Positions 1-12,336 of a stretch of DNA of 64,000 nt are shown here, one piece after another. Location of the stretch: contig MCFE01000125.1 of NCBI GenBank assembly GCA_002104905.1, forward strand, positions 1-64,000, in the 5' to 3' direction. A program made the translations under genes and the position numbers. The notes beneath the pieces were generated by a model. That model made no database searches and had not been told where the DNA came from. It saw only the letters and a program-made list of their open reading frames with translations. The number at the start of each line of letters is the position of its first letter. Position 1 is the stretch's first letter. The stretch is from Basidiobolus meristosporus CBS 931.73 (Eukaryota; Fungi; Basidiobolomycota).

Positions 1-537
1 GAGGGGAGGCCACAAAGGACGAGATGTCATCTACAGTCTTCTTCCATTTTTCAACAACTCCACAAGCAGTATAGGCCTCTTGGTGCTTGGGTTTACTCAG
101 AACATCTTCCTCGGATTCTTTATTAGGGCTTACTCAGAACACAGCTGATGCGATAAGTACCCTACATAAGGCAAGCATGTATGCCGGTCACCTATCAGTT
201 TCTATTGCCACGAGAGTATTCGGTCAATAAAATATTTCGAAGCTACTGATCAATGCATTTATCTGATCACCACATTAAGCACCGCACATCACAATCTCCA
301 AATGCACTTCATGTATTTGTAAGCCAATCGACTCTGCCAGAAATGGGACATCTACATGGATCAACAACAACTCCGAGTGCATTCTCAGGAGCAGCTAGCT
401 CACTCAAGGCAAATGACACAATCGACGAGCAGCTAGTCCATTCAATGCAAATGAAACAACATACATGTGGCGTCACTATCCCTGAATATTGCTCCTGGGA
501 TCAACAGAAACCTTGCCCATTTGAGACACTGTAGGGC

Positions 538-543
538 TATAAA
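538..543 (+). promoter_or_regulatory. Probable TATA box of the Gly-rich gene
   Basis: TATAAA lies 40 nt upstream of the ATG at 584 that begins a signal peptide. Confidence 0.5.
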
Positions 544-583
544 TGGCGAGCTTAATTCAAATGTAGAAAATCAACTTCTCAAT

Positions 584-2153
584 ATGAAAATCTCTTCAAT
601 TAGACTTCTTCTTGCTGCTTCAGCCTTGTCCATGGCGAGTGCTGCTGTTCTTGAGCGCGGATACAACACCAAAGATTACTCCGGGGAGGGTGGTGGTGTA
701 ACTCACGGTGATGGCTATGGTGGCCACGGTGGCAATGGGGGTGGAAGCGAAGAACACTACGGAGGACACGGCGGTGGAAGTGGTGGAGAGTATGGAGGAA
801 ACGGCGGCGGAAGTGGTGGAGGCTACGGCGGCGGCAGCGGCAGCGGCGGAGGACATGGTGGTAACGGCGGCGGAAGCGGCGGAGGATATGGAGGAAACGG
901 TGGTGGCGGTAGCGGTGGAGAATATGGAGGAAACGGCGGCGGAAGTGGTGGAGGCTACGGTGGCGGCAGCGGCGGAAGCGGCGGAGGATATGGAGGAAAC
1001 GGTCGGTGGCGGCAGCGGTGGAGAATATGGAGGAAACGGCGGCGGAAGTGGTGGAGGCTACGGTGGTGGAAGCGGCGGAGGATATGGTGGTAACGGCGGC
1101 GGAAGCGGCGGAGGATATGGTGGTAACGGCGGCGGAAGCGGCGGAGGATATGGAGGAAACGGTGGTGGCGGCAGCGGTGAAGAATATGGAGGAAATGGTG
1201 GCGGAAGCGGTGGAGGCTACGGTGGAGGAAGCGGCGGTGGCGGCAGTGGTGGAGAATATGGAGGAAACGGCGGCGGAAGTGGTGGAGGCTACGGTGGCGG
1301 CAGTGGCGGAGGATATGGTGGCAACGGTGGTGGAAGCGGCGGAGGATATGGTGGCAATGGTGGTGGAAGCGGCGGAGGATACGGAGGAAACGGCGGCGGA
1401 AGCGGAGGAGGATATGGAGGAAATGGTGGTGGCGGCAGCGGTGGAGGTTACGGGGGCAATGGTGGTGGAAGTGGTGGTGGATATGGTGGAAACGGCGGCG
1501 GAAGTGGTGGAGGCTACGGTGGCAACGGTGGCGGAAGCGGCGGAGGATATGGAGGAAACGGTGGTGGCGGCAGCGGTGAAGAATATGGAGGAAACGGTGG
1601 CGGAAGTGGTGGAGGCTACGGTGGAGGAAGCGGCGGAGGATATGGTGGCAACGGTGGTGGAAGCGGCGGAGGATATGGTGGCAATGGTGGTGGAAGCGGT
1701 GGAGGATACGGAGGAAACGGCGGTGGAAGCGGAGGAGGATATGGAGGAAATGGTGGTGGAAGTGGTGGTGGATATGGTGGAAACGGCGGCGGAAGTGGTG
1801 GAGGCTACGGTGGCAACGGTGGCGGAGGATATGGTGGTAACGGCGGCGGAAATGGAGGAGGATATGGAGGAAACGGTGGTGGCGGCAGCGGCGGAGGCTA
1901 CGAGGGCAATGGTGGCGGTAGCGGTGGAGGTTACGGTGGAAACGGCGGTGGCGGCAGCAGTGGTGGATATGGCGGCAACGGCGGTGGAAGTGGTGGAGAA
2001 TATGGTGGAAACGGTGGTGGTGGAGGTTATGGGGGCAACGGTGGTGGCGGAGGTTATGGCGGCAACGGCGGTGGAAGTGGCGGAGAATATGGTGGAAACG
2101 GTGGTGGAAGTGGTGGTAATGGTGGTGGTAGCGGCGGCTTCTATAAATATTAA
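584..2153 (+). CDS. Secreted glycine/tyrosine-rich tandem-repeat protein (~520 aa once the +1 frameshift at 1004 is corrected)
   Basis: Signal peptide MKISSIRLLLAASALSMASA, then (GGYGGNGGGSG)n repeats. The repeat unit ggaaacggtggtggcggcagc appears once as ggaaacggtCggtggc (extra C at 1004), moving the Gly frame from ORF 467..1093 to ORF 708..2153. The protein ends GGFYKY-TAA. Confidence 0.85.
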
Positions 2154-2290
2154 GTACAGCCATCAACAGCAGATATCTATAGACAAATACCTGAAATAAA
2201 TCCCAACCTTCCAACGAAAGCAGTATATGTAACAAAATGGGTTTATTAACGAAAAGATAGTTTCTATTTTACGATGCGACACTCTAGCAT

Positions 2291-5200
2291 TTACCAAGCC
2301 AATTTGGCAATGATACTTTTAGGAAACACGCGTACCAACAGTTTTCTAATTTCATCCATAAGCAAGATCCCCAGGGCCAAGGGTAGTGGGATCAACCAAT
2401 ATTTGATTGGAACAGGGGCGGTGTTAAAGAGGTTGTTGATAAACGGGGTTTCGGTGACAAATATAGCCATGAGCAAGAGCACAGACAGCCAACAAAGATC
2501 CATAAATTGCGTCGATGGGGACGAATAGGATCGGCCTGTAGAATCGAGAGTTTACGGTTTCGAATGGAAAGAATGTTTCCCCACTGCAAGAGAACCAGCG
2601 TGACAAAAGTTACACATTGACCGTTGTTCACCATAGCATTCCAGGGGCTACTACTGTCGTTGTACATTTCGGTGGTGACCCCATCTGGGAACGCAAAGGT
2701 TTTTCCGGTGGGTGGGCCGTAAGTGAACACCAGATCGTACCAGCTGTAACCCGAGACCTCTTTAAAGTAGGTGAAGAACATCGCCTCAGATGCCATGGTC
2801 ATTAGTGAGCCTATAAAGCTGGATCGAGCATGATTAGAATCAGTTATTCGAAAAGCCTCAAACAAGCTTGAACTTACATGTAAGACTGAAGGTAGATTTT
2901 CGCGTTAATCAAATGGTCCTTCTTTGCATTGCGAGGGGCAAGTGCCAATAGATCATACTCCTGTTGCTCCATAATAAGCGATAAACAAGGAAACAGATCC
3001 GTGAAGCAACAGATAATGATCATAAGGAAGGAACTCAAGGGTAGTGGAGTACCGAAGAACATGTTGATCAGCACTGGCCATATCTCCGACCAACTTCCGG
3101 CAGGCAAGAGGTAACCGATGACCTTTTGTAGATTCTGAAAGACTAGCCGTCCCAGGCGAATTGCGTCAGTGATAGAATCGAATCTATCCAGCAGCACCAG
3201 ATCAGCAGCCTCAATAGCAACATCACTACCGGAAACAACAGCAACGCCAACATCCGCCGCCTTCAAAGCCGGCGCATCATTGACCCCGTCACCGGTTACT
3301 GCCACAACGGAATCTCTCTTTTGGAACTCGCTGACAATCTTTAACTTTTGCTCAGGGGTGGTACGAGCAAATACAATCTCTTCATAGCGGCATACACGAT
3401 CCCAATCCGAGCTTCCTAGCTTCTGAATATCAGTACCAGTAAGCAATAGGCTGGTTGTATAACTGAATTTAGAATCCATTTCGTTTTCAGCAAGATTCGC
3501 GACGTCGTCAAACACATCCGGCTCCCTAAGCCCTGTGAAAATGCCAATTTCCCGGGCTATGGCAGCCGCAGTCAAGCCAAAGTCTCCGGTAACCATAAAG
3601 AAGCGAGCCCCGGCTTTACGACAGGAGGCGACAGTTTCTCTGGTTTCAGGGCGAGGTGGGTCCATAATCCCAACCAGACCGATAATAGTCAGATCTTTTA
3701 CAGCCTCACTCACCACTTCGGTATGGAAATCATTCGAATCCCGGGAATTTTTAGGTGAATAGTAGCGACGGCACAGAACAAGCACTCGTTGCCCATTGCT
3801 GGACCATTTCTTCTGCATCGCTTCCAATGCACAGTGATTTTCTGGTGTAAGCACTATGTCTCCTCCAGACTCAGCCGAGAGGGCATATCGGCAGTGCGGA
3901 AAGAGGACATCAGGGGCTCCTTTAACAATGACTAGGGGCTCGTCTGCTCTTCCATAGATTTGCTCCATAGTCTGGCCCTCTCCTCTGGCAGAAAACATCG
4001 ACAACATCCATTTGTTCTTAGAATTGAACGGGATATCAAAGATACGCTCAAAGTTGGCTGTGATGCTAGACGTGTCGCTGGTTTGTTCGGCGAAACGAAG
4101 CAATGCGCAATCGGTGGCATCACCATTCACAAGACGATCGGCAATGGGACGATCCATGGTGGCTGGATCAAAGGTGGCGTTGTTGCAGAGAATTGAAGCG
4201 ACTTGAAGTTGGCGGTAAGCTTTAGTGGCGTTCGAGTCTGATTTAGAACCAATGGCCTCGCGGCAAGCATCAGCGTTGGACTCTTTATCACAAAAGCCCA
4301 CGGAGGTGACAAACATCTTGTTTTGCGTAAGCGTGCCAGTCTTGTCTGAACAGATGACGTTGACACATCCCAATGTCTCTACTGTGGTAAGCGCCTTGGG
4401 CAAGATGTTGTTCTTCTTCATACGCACTGCTATCATTGAGAGGGCCAATGCGACACCGATAGGCATACCCTCCGGTATAAAGGCAACAACACATCCCATC
4501 AGGTTGACCAATAGTTGAGCGGTACTCATGAAATCATAGTGGTCTCTCCTTAACCAGCTAGCAAGTGAATGTCAGTATGCGGTGATGTCAATTCATAATC
4601 CAAGGAAAACTTACACTCCCCAGGCCAGCGCCATGCCTCCTGCCAGCAAGACAGTCAGCGACACAATGATTTTGACAAAACGGTCTATCTCTCTTTGGAT
4701 CAGGGGTCTTTTCTCTCCCTTGGAGGAGGTCAACTTCGATATACGTCCCATCACGGTATTGTTGCCAGTCATCACAACTACGCCGGCTCCGCTTCCGTTG
4801 ACGACATGGGTCCCCATAAGAGCCATGTTTCTCGACTCCAGGAAATTCTCGTCGGTGTTTTCCACCGAGCCCTCGATGGCTTCACTTTCGCCGGTGAGTA
4901 CGGAGCGGTCGAACTTCATGTCATTGGAGATCTTGAGAAGACGGATGTCAGCAGGAACCTTGTTACCAAGCTTCAATAAAACAATATCGCCGATGACCAG
5001 CTCGGTGGCCGCGAGTTTCTGAGGCAAGCCATCTCGTAGCACAAGGCATTCGGCGGGAATCATGTTGAGGATCGATTTCATCACACGGCTGGTTGACCAA
5101 TCCTGGATTGCAGAGAAGGATGCTTGGAAGAAAATAACGATCATCTAGAAACAACGGGCGGTCAGTTACTAGGGTCATTGGTCATTGCTCTGCATATACT

Positions 5201-5704
5201 CACCACTAAGATTGCTAGGGCAAAGTTGGTGACGTTGAACCCCGAGGTGCTCACTGGCGGGTAGGCACAAAGAAAGAAGGTGAGGACACCGATCCATAAT
5301 ACAGAGCAGAAGCCACCGAATATGTAGCCCAGAAGTTTTTTAATGTAGCTTTGGCTGGGCTGTTGAAGAGTGTTGGGCCCATTACGCGCAAGGCGAGTCT
5401 TAGCGGCAGTTGCGTCTAGACCTCGGTCCTGGATGGTACCGAATCTGACACAGGCACTATCAGCAGATATTTTATGAAAGTCCAACGACGAGAAGTACTC
5501 GGTGTCTTCCTTGGGACCTGCTCCTTCCTCGGGGCTCTTGATAGAGTCGGTCACTCGAAGTGAGAGTGTGCGAAATGCGATTGGCAAGGCATTGATCTCC
5601 TCTGGACTATCCACATTGATTGACGGCTGCACCTGGGAGGCCTGGCTATGGCCGAAATGAATACGGGGCTTGGACTTGCCCAGCTCTAGATCGTTCCTGG
5701 TCAT
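2291..5704 (-). CDS. P-type cation-transporting ATPase, type IIC-like (Na+/K+ or H+/K+ family; fungal ACU-like), 4 exons, 1-nt deletion near 2475
   Basis: Motifs TGES, IPEG, DKTGTLT (phospho-Asp), KGAPD, MVTGD and TGDGVND. GT-AG introns at 5145-5203, 4558-4614 and 2819-2877. Exons total 3239 nt, one short of 1080 codons. Frame switch at NLWIFVGCLCS/LLMAIFVTETP. Confidence 0.92.
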
Positions 5705-6023
5705 GTTGAATTCAATGAACTTCGGATGGTGCATTGAGCTTTGGCCGTGGCACTTATATACTACATGGTTGCTATTTCTTGTAAAGATATTGGAGTAGAA
5801 TTTTTGCTGGCTTAGGGTAGCGAGGTTGTAGGAAGTAACGTATGTCACATAATTTCAATGTGGAGAGCTTTATCCATATACAGCTACAAGGTTGGCATAC
5901 GAACAATCACGCTCCATATCTGGAAATCACCATTGATTTCAGCGGCCTTTATTTCAGGTTCCACTTGGATTGAAGTGCCGAGTATCTCAGCAGCTCTTGT
6001 TTCAGATTCCGTTTGGATTATGG

Positions 6024-6113
6024 TGCCTCATGGGCTATGGTGCCTCAGTATCCTTTATTTCAATGCCTCATGGACTATGGTGCCTCAGTATCCTCTATTT
6101 CAGTGCCAGATGG
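6024..6113. repeat. 40-bp tandem duplication rich in GTGCC motifs (possible MITE remnant)
   Basis: Units at 6024-6063 and 6064-6103 differ at 3 positions. GTGCCAGATGG at 6103-6113 also occurs in the MITE at 61424-61434. Confidence 0.7.
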
Positions 6114-6654
6114 CGGTTGTCTGATCCATCATGATACTGTCTTTGCAATGGATATATCACCTTGAACTCATTTCCTGCATCATAACTAACGCTGTGGATT
6201 TATTCCCTGTATTGGGCATTCACTTGTTAGATATCGCTCATACCGCTATATGGCTTGTTTCATACTATATATTGTCTATATGGAAGTCTGAATCATGCTA
6301 GATTTTTTGGTGAAACATTACGAAATGCCTTAATGCCCCGTATCGGTCCATCTTCTTTAACTGGCAACCACTTGTGCATATGGCTACACCATGGCCCGTG
6401 CGCACACTATTGCTTCTATGGTAACTATGCCATATAGTTTTCATTCGTGATTGATGTTGAGTCCCGATTAATCGATCAACGGAGGTGGGTCAGGTTTGGT
6501 AAGCAGATGATCTTGTTTATCTGCTGCGCTTTAACCATGGTTTTAAGCAAAAGTGGGCAAAACATGCGGATTACTTAAAGCGGCAATAGTACGCAATATT
6601 ATTTCTCTTACTGGTGGCAAACGCTGGAGCACTACCTCTACAGGTTTTTTTAGA

Positions 6655-9600
6655 ATGGTCAAAGGAAAAAACGTACAAAGAGTAAAGGGGAATCTGAAGC
6701 CTACCAGTAGTAGGTAAGCTGTCGATTTCACTGTCCATCAAGCAACGATCCCCCTTTCTGATTGTCTACTCGTAGCCGAGCTGCTGAATTATCCTTTAGC
6801 GGGACGTTTGGAAACTTACCAGCAAGTTCCAACATTGGCTTCAGTCATTTTTCGACTGAAAATAACGGCCCTGAGCCTGAATTTCTCAGTGGAGAGATTG
6901 GTGTGATTTTCAAAAGGCTATCCAAGAGAGATACCACGACAAAGATAAAAGCTTTAGAGGATCTAGAGAATTATGTCAAGAGCAGCGACACAGAGGATCT
7001 ACTTGAAGCATTTCAGGCGTGGGTAAGGATAGTGACAATTCGGTGCTTGAGCAATCTGATACCAACTATTAGTTGAACAGCCCAAGGTGTATTCGAAAAA
7101 TTCCATCGAAGTTGATAGACGCGTCCGTGCTGCTATCAACGGGATTCACATGATATTCATTCAGAAGCTGAAGAAAAAGATTGCACCTACCTTGAAAGAA
7201 TTCATAGGACCGTGGGTCTGCTCCTTTTTTGATCCAAGCAAGGAGGTCTCCAGAATAGCCTTAGAATCTTTCCACGTAAGCGCTTCAACACGTTGGAAGT
7301 TTCCCACAGAATTTTATTCTAATCAGCCATTGTAGGCTGCATTCCCCCCAACTAAGCGGAGTGAAGTGTTCGGATTTTGTCAAGCCCCATTGCTAGAGTA
7401 TATATCGGAAAATCTGCTGGAAAAGACCCCAGAAACTTTGAGTTAGTAACACGTTGAGTGTATAACATTCCACATTGGTAGCTTATTGCTATATACTCCC
7501 CAGGTGATCCAAGGTTTACTTCTAAAGAAGACGCAGCCTCAAAATACGGGAGAGTAATATCAAGCTCGTTCTACTCTCTTGGGCACCTCTTAGGTTGGTT
7601 TACTCGCTTGAATCGAAAGAAGAATCATAGTAACACAAATGTTGCGTTGCTTAGAAAATGTCTTACCAACCGATCTCGAGAAGTGCCAGTCGAAATATGA
7701 CCACTTGTTAAGCGCGACAAAGACATGGCAATTTTTCACCCACGAGAACCCAATGATTCGCCGGGCATGTTACAATTTTATTAGAACAGCAGTGACCAAA
7801 TCTCCAGGTAGTTATGGCGTGCTCGAGTGTTGAATGAAACCTGCATATGGTGACTAACAAAATTCTGCCAGCACTCTTGGAGACACGACAGGAGCTAAGC
7901 AGCGCCGCTTTCCTAGCCAAGGTTTTCCAGGATAAAGACTCGGCCACACATTCTGAGATGTGGGACGCAATCTTGCTCTATACCAAGGCATTCCCCCAAG
8001 CCTGGATATTGGCAGGTCGCAAGAAGCCTATGTTGCCTAAGCTCTGGTCCTTCATTCGGGCAGGCGGCTACGGCTCGATTAGCATCACGTTCCCTAGTGT
8101 GATAGCGCTGGTTGCCCACTTGCCTCAAGAGCTTAAGGAAGGGAAATTCTTTGAAGAGCTCTTTGATAGTATTTGGGCATCACTGCAAAGCGGTCATTTT
8201 GACAAGGCCAATTTCGATATCTTTGTAGATACTTACAGCGAATGCCTCTACTACTTCATTGTAAAGTATGCGCAATCAGACAAGGGTCTGGCCCAAAAAC
8301 TGACTACCGATTTGATCACCAAATTCTTAACCCAAGAGCAGATTGGTGATATGTCTTCTGGAGTGTCCGCGTTGTTGGTCAAGATCTGTTTGAACCCCAA
8401 GGCGCAAGAGCTTGGACACGAACTGTTGAAGTTTACCGAGGAACTCGTCACTGGGGCCGTTACTGCCCAAGAACTTCCTCCCCAGTACAAAGTGGACTTT
8501 GCAACCCTTTCCAAAAAAAGCACCGACCTCCTGTTGGCATTGTCCTGCAGAGTGCGGGCTGAAGCAGACCCGTCAGAACTCGCACAGCTGGTCAATGACT
8601 TGATGTTAAGAGTGATGCAAAGCAGCCACCATATGCTAAGCCAACAGTGTCAGCATGTAGTAGCCTTATGTAACATCAGCTCCAACATTATCAAAGAAGT
8701 CCAGCCAGAGTCTCTATTGGCCGCTGATATTCAAAGCTTTTTCACTTTGCGTCTACCGACTTTACTCTTGGAGCAGACTGATGCCACTTCAGCGCTGTGC
8801 AGTATCTTTATTACCTTTGTTAAAAAACTAGAGGATGCACAGGCCGATACTGAAGCTACTGTCCAAAAGCATTGGAGCAACCTGGTTGATTCGTTGGTGG
8901 AGTCCTCGGACGAACCTCGCAAGGTCTATCTAATAAGCCAATTGGTTTCGAAGAGCAATGAACTCGACATACAAACAAATCTTAGCACCGAGCAGTTGTC
9001 GACATTTGTAACAGCTACTTTCCAACAGTGCTTGGGTAGCCAATACAAGCAAGAATTAGACGAGGCTATCGAGGCGTTGATGATCATTTGCTTAACCCGA
9101 CCAAGTAAGTAGCGAGATTAGTCAATTCTTGTGTAGAAGCTTTGCTAAAGCAGGAGATTGTTTAGACTATATCCTAGGTAGTGCACAAGCCGATATCATC
9201 GCCATGGCTTCCGCGAGATTGAACGAATTTGCAGAACTTGAAATCCATGGAGAGCGCACACCCAGCCCAGCGGAGGGAAGAGTCATCAATTTGATCCTTA
9301 GAATACTCGAGAAAATCTTCACCCAAAAAGATTTCTTGAGAAGGTCTATTGATTCTTCTGATCCGTTGATCATCAACGTCTTCCGGACGCAATTTGTCAA
9401 GCATGATTTGGCATCTCAGAGCGAAGAAGACGCTCGAACTATTCAACAGCATGCTGGTGAATGCTGGAGATCCATCGTCCAGACGAACGAGCTTTGTAGA
9501 CATTCGGATTTCAGACTGGAGGAACTATTGATCACCAATCTGAAGAGAGCTTTGCTTGATTCCAGCCACACAGATAGTCCCAGCGATTTCGTGAAAAAAG

Positions 9601-12132
9601 CTACTCGGATTTTGTCAGCTGCGGATGGTGCTTCAGCCAACACACTTCTTGAGCTCCTTTTGTTTGACGAAGACTATTGGTGCACTCTAAGCAGTTCTTT
9701 CATCAACAAGCCTATCAACCCAGATTTGGGGATCATAGATCCACTTCTCAACACGTTGATGAGCTCCGGTACTGATCAACTTCAGGAGGACACAACAGCT
9801 TATGACATTTACGGACTCAGTATCTATGGCAGGATATCGCTCTTCGTTGTAGAGCTCTCAAAGGTGGTCGGCCACGAAGCAATCTTCCGACCCGACAACC
9901 ACATTTGGCTATTGCTCCACCTGATCATGGTACAAGTCCTGTGCAAGCAATCGTTCGACGTCCGTCCAGAAGAGACTCGCAAGATTTGGACCAGTGACTC
10001 GCATGTAGCGGAGAACGTGTATGCATTCCACGGACTTGCTGACGATATATCCACCATTTTCCAAGAGTTTATAAAATCTGTCGATGTTGAATCCGTTAAG
10101 GAAACTGTATGGATTGCCGATGTTCACAATGCTTTGGTGAAGGGCTCGTTGGGTGATACTTCGCTTGAGCCTCTGGGGCGATTGATCTACGCGGCTTTGC
10201 AAAAGAGTCACCAGTCGGGAAGCCCTCAATGGGCCAAGACCTTGGAGCAAATCCTGTGCATGCTCTCGTGTAGCATCGAGCTGCCCACTCAGACAATTGA
10301 TGCTTGGTTGAATATGGTTCAGGACGTAGAAGGATTCCAACTCCATGTCAACACAAAGTTAGCGATCCTTCAAGGATTGTCGTCCACCTTCACCCGCTCC
10401 AGTGCCATCCGAAAGATTATCATTGATTTGAATGAGCAGTTGCACACCTCAATCACACAATCCGATGATGCAGCAGTTTCACGCACTATCTCTCTTTTGA
10501 CCGTAGCAACAAGTGGCCAAGTCACAACCCCTCAGCATGTCCTTGCCAACACTACCAAAGCCCTCACCCAGTACTACGAGAGCTCCATTCCCCCCAATAG
10601 TGGTGTAGCTCAACTATTTAGCCACTTGGCACCCCAACTTTTGGATGCCCCGTTGCCTTTGTGGACTCCTCTGTTGGAGATTTGTAATCGATGGCTCACG
10701 GTTAGTATCAAAGATGCGCCAATTTCGCTGGGAGGAGCGACTGATCATATTTGTATTTGAACAGGACGATTCGGGTAGCGACTTAGCACTCAAGTATTAT
10801 ACCATCAAGTTGATCGCACTACTTCAAGATTTGGCCGATGAGGATGCGAACTTGAACGAGGCGTGGGAAGCCATCCAGCCCGTGATTTACTCCAATGTTT
10901 TGGAGATGTTGGTTCAACTAGGCACCAGTATACCCCAGGCTCCTGCTTCAAGGTACCTAGACATCTTGGCTGAGATCGGAATGGGGATTCCTCAAGAGCT
11001 GTTGCTCTCTGTTTCCGACGAAAACCTGTACCCACTGCTCCAAGTGCCTCACGAGTTTGTGCAGAAGTTTGCATACCATAGCCTACGCATAGTCACCCTA
11101 GAGAATGTGAGAGAAATCTCGGTCAACCTTGAGTTGGACGTAGACAATGAGTTGAGCCCAGCCAAACTACCGGCTCCGTTGCTCGAATACCTGACCAACC
11201 CACCCAACCTTGCGTCGTATTTGTCAGGGGAAGAGCTCGGCGAAGAGCACGCGGCCCACGCATGCTCCATCTTCGAGTACCTGTTCGCATGGATGAACCT
11301 TTATGACCATTTCGAAGAATCCAGCTTCAAGGTCAAGTCGAATCACGTGGATCAGCTGAAAGAGACTGACGCACTACCCGAACTGTTGACAGTGATTTTT
11401 TCACTGTTAGGACTGAACGGCAGCATCCCGTTCGACCTAAGCAAATGGCAAGTGGACGAGTTTGAGGTGCAGGGGCTGGATTATCAACATGAGTTCGCGC
11501 TGCCGCTACTTGCGGCACACATTTACTTCCGAACTCTGATGAGCACCCCCTCCTTGGTACGGAGCTGGTGGATCGAATCCAGGAACCGTCAGCTGAACTT
11601 GGCGGTGGACACTTACACCGAAAAGTACTTTAGCGAGATGATCATCCAACAGGAGCTGCTGCAAATCCAGAAAGATGACGTGAAATCCCAGCTGGAAGAT
11701 GATAACATGAGCATCAAGATTAGCAGAACGAATGACGTTACCGCCACCTACAAGATCGACGACACCGCATTGGAGATGGTCATACGACTCCCAACCAACT
11801 TCCCGTTACGACAAGTAGATGTGGAGGGCACGCGCCGGGTAGCAGTTACCGAAGCTAGGTGGAGAAGCTGGCTACTGGCGGTTACTTCAGTAATCGTTTC
11901 CCAAAATGGCTCCATACTGGATGCGTTGACTCTACTCAAGAGAAACATCTCCTTGCATTTCGAGGGAGTAGAGGATTGTACCATTTGCTACTCGGTCGTG
12001 GGGGTGATCGACCGTTCCCTGCCAACTAGACAGTGCAAGACGTGTAAGAACAAGTTCCACTCGGCTTGCCTGTTCAAATGGTTCCGCACCAGCAATCAAT
12101 CCACATGCCCGCTCTGCCGTAACTTGTTCTAA
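6655..12132 (+). CDS. LTN1: Listerin E3 ubiquitin ligase (ribosome quality control), multi-exon
   Basis: N-terminus MVKGKNVQRVKGNLKPTSSSRAAEL, KRLSKRDTTTKIKAL, an RWD-like region and a C-terminal RING CTICY...CKTCKNKFHSACLFKWF...CPLCR. Exons splice in frame with GT-AG introns. Confidence 0.95.
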
Positions 12133-12336
12133 GATGGGACATTTGATATCTCAGCATGCATCTACAGTTCATGTACATTCTGTAATATTGGGAGCAACAA
12201 TAAAGCGGCACTTTCTATTTGAGCAACACCCACCATTTATTGCAACAAAACACTACAAAAAGTTCCCCTTGGTATAGCAGCCAGAGGCGAGGGTAAAAGC
12301 GGGAAATATTTACATTGAATGAACAAAAGAACCTGC

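Noticed and set aside
89-141. CRISPR-like repeat-spacer-repeat
   Set aside because: Only two 16-bp units, in a eukaryotic context with no cas genes.
708-2235. Long overlapping ORFs: Ala/Val/Glu-rich 1006..2199, the first half of 708..2153, and His/Arg-rich antisense 955..2235
   Set aside because: These are shadow frames of GGN repeats, which rarely produce stops. They have no signal peptide or independent features.
2929-5022. Plus-strand ORFs inside the ATPase (and similar antisense ORFs in LTN1, VIR and COPA)
   Set aside because: They are antisense to well-supported conserved genes and show no recognisable motifs.
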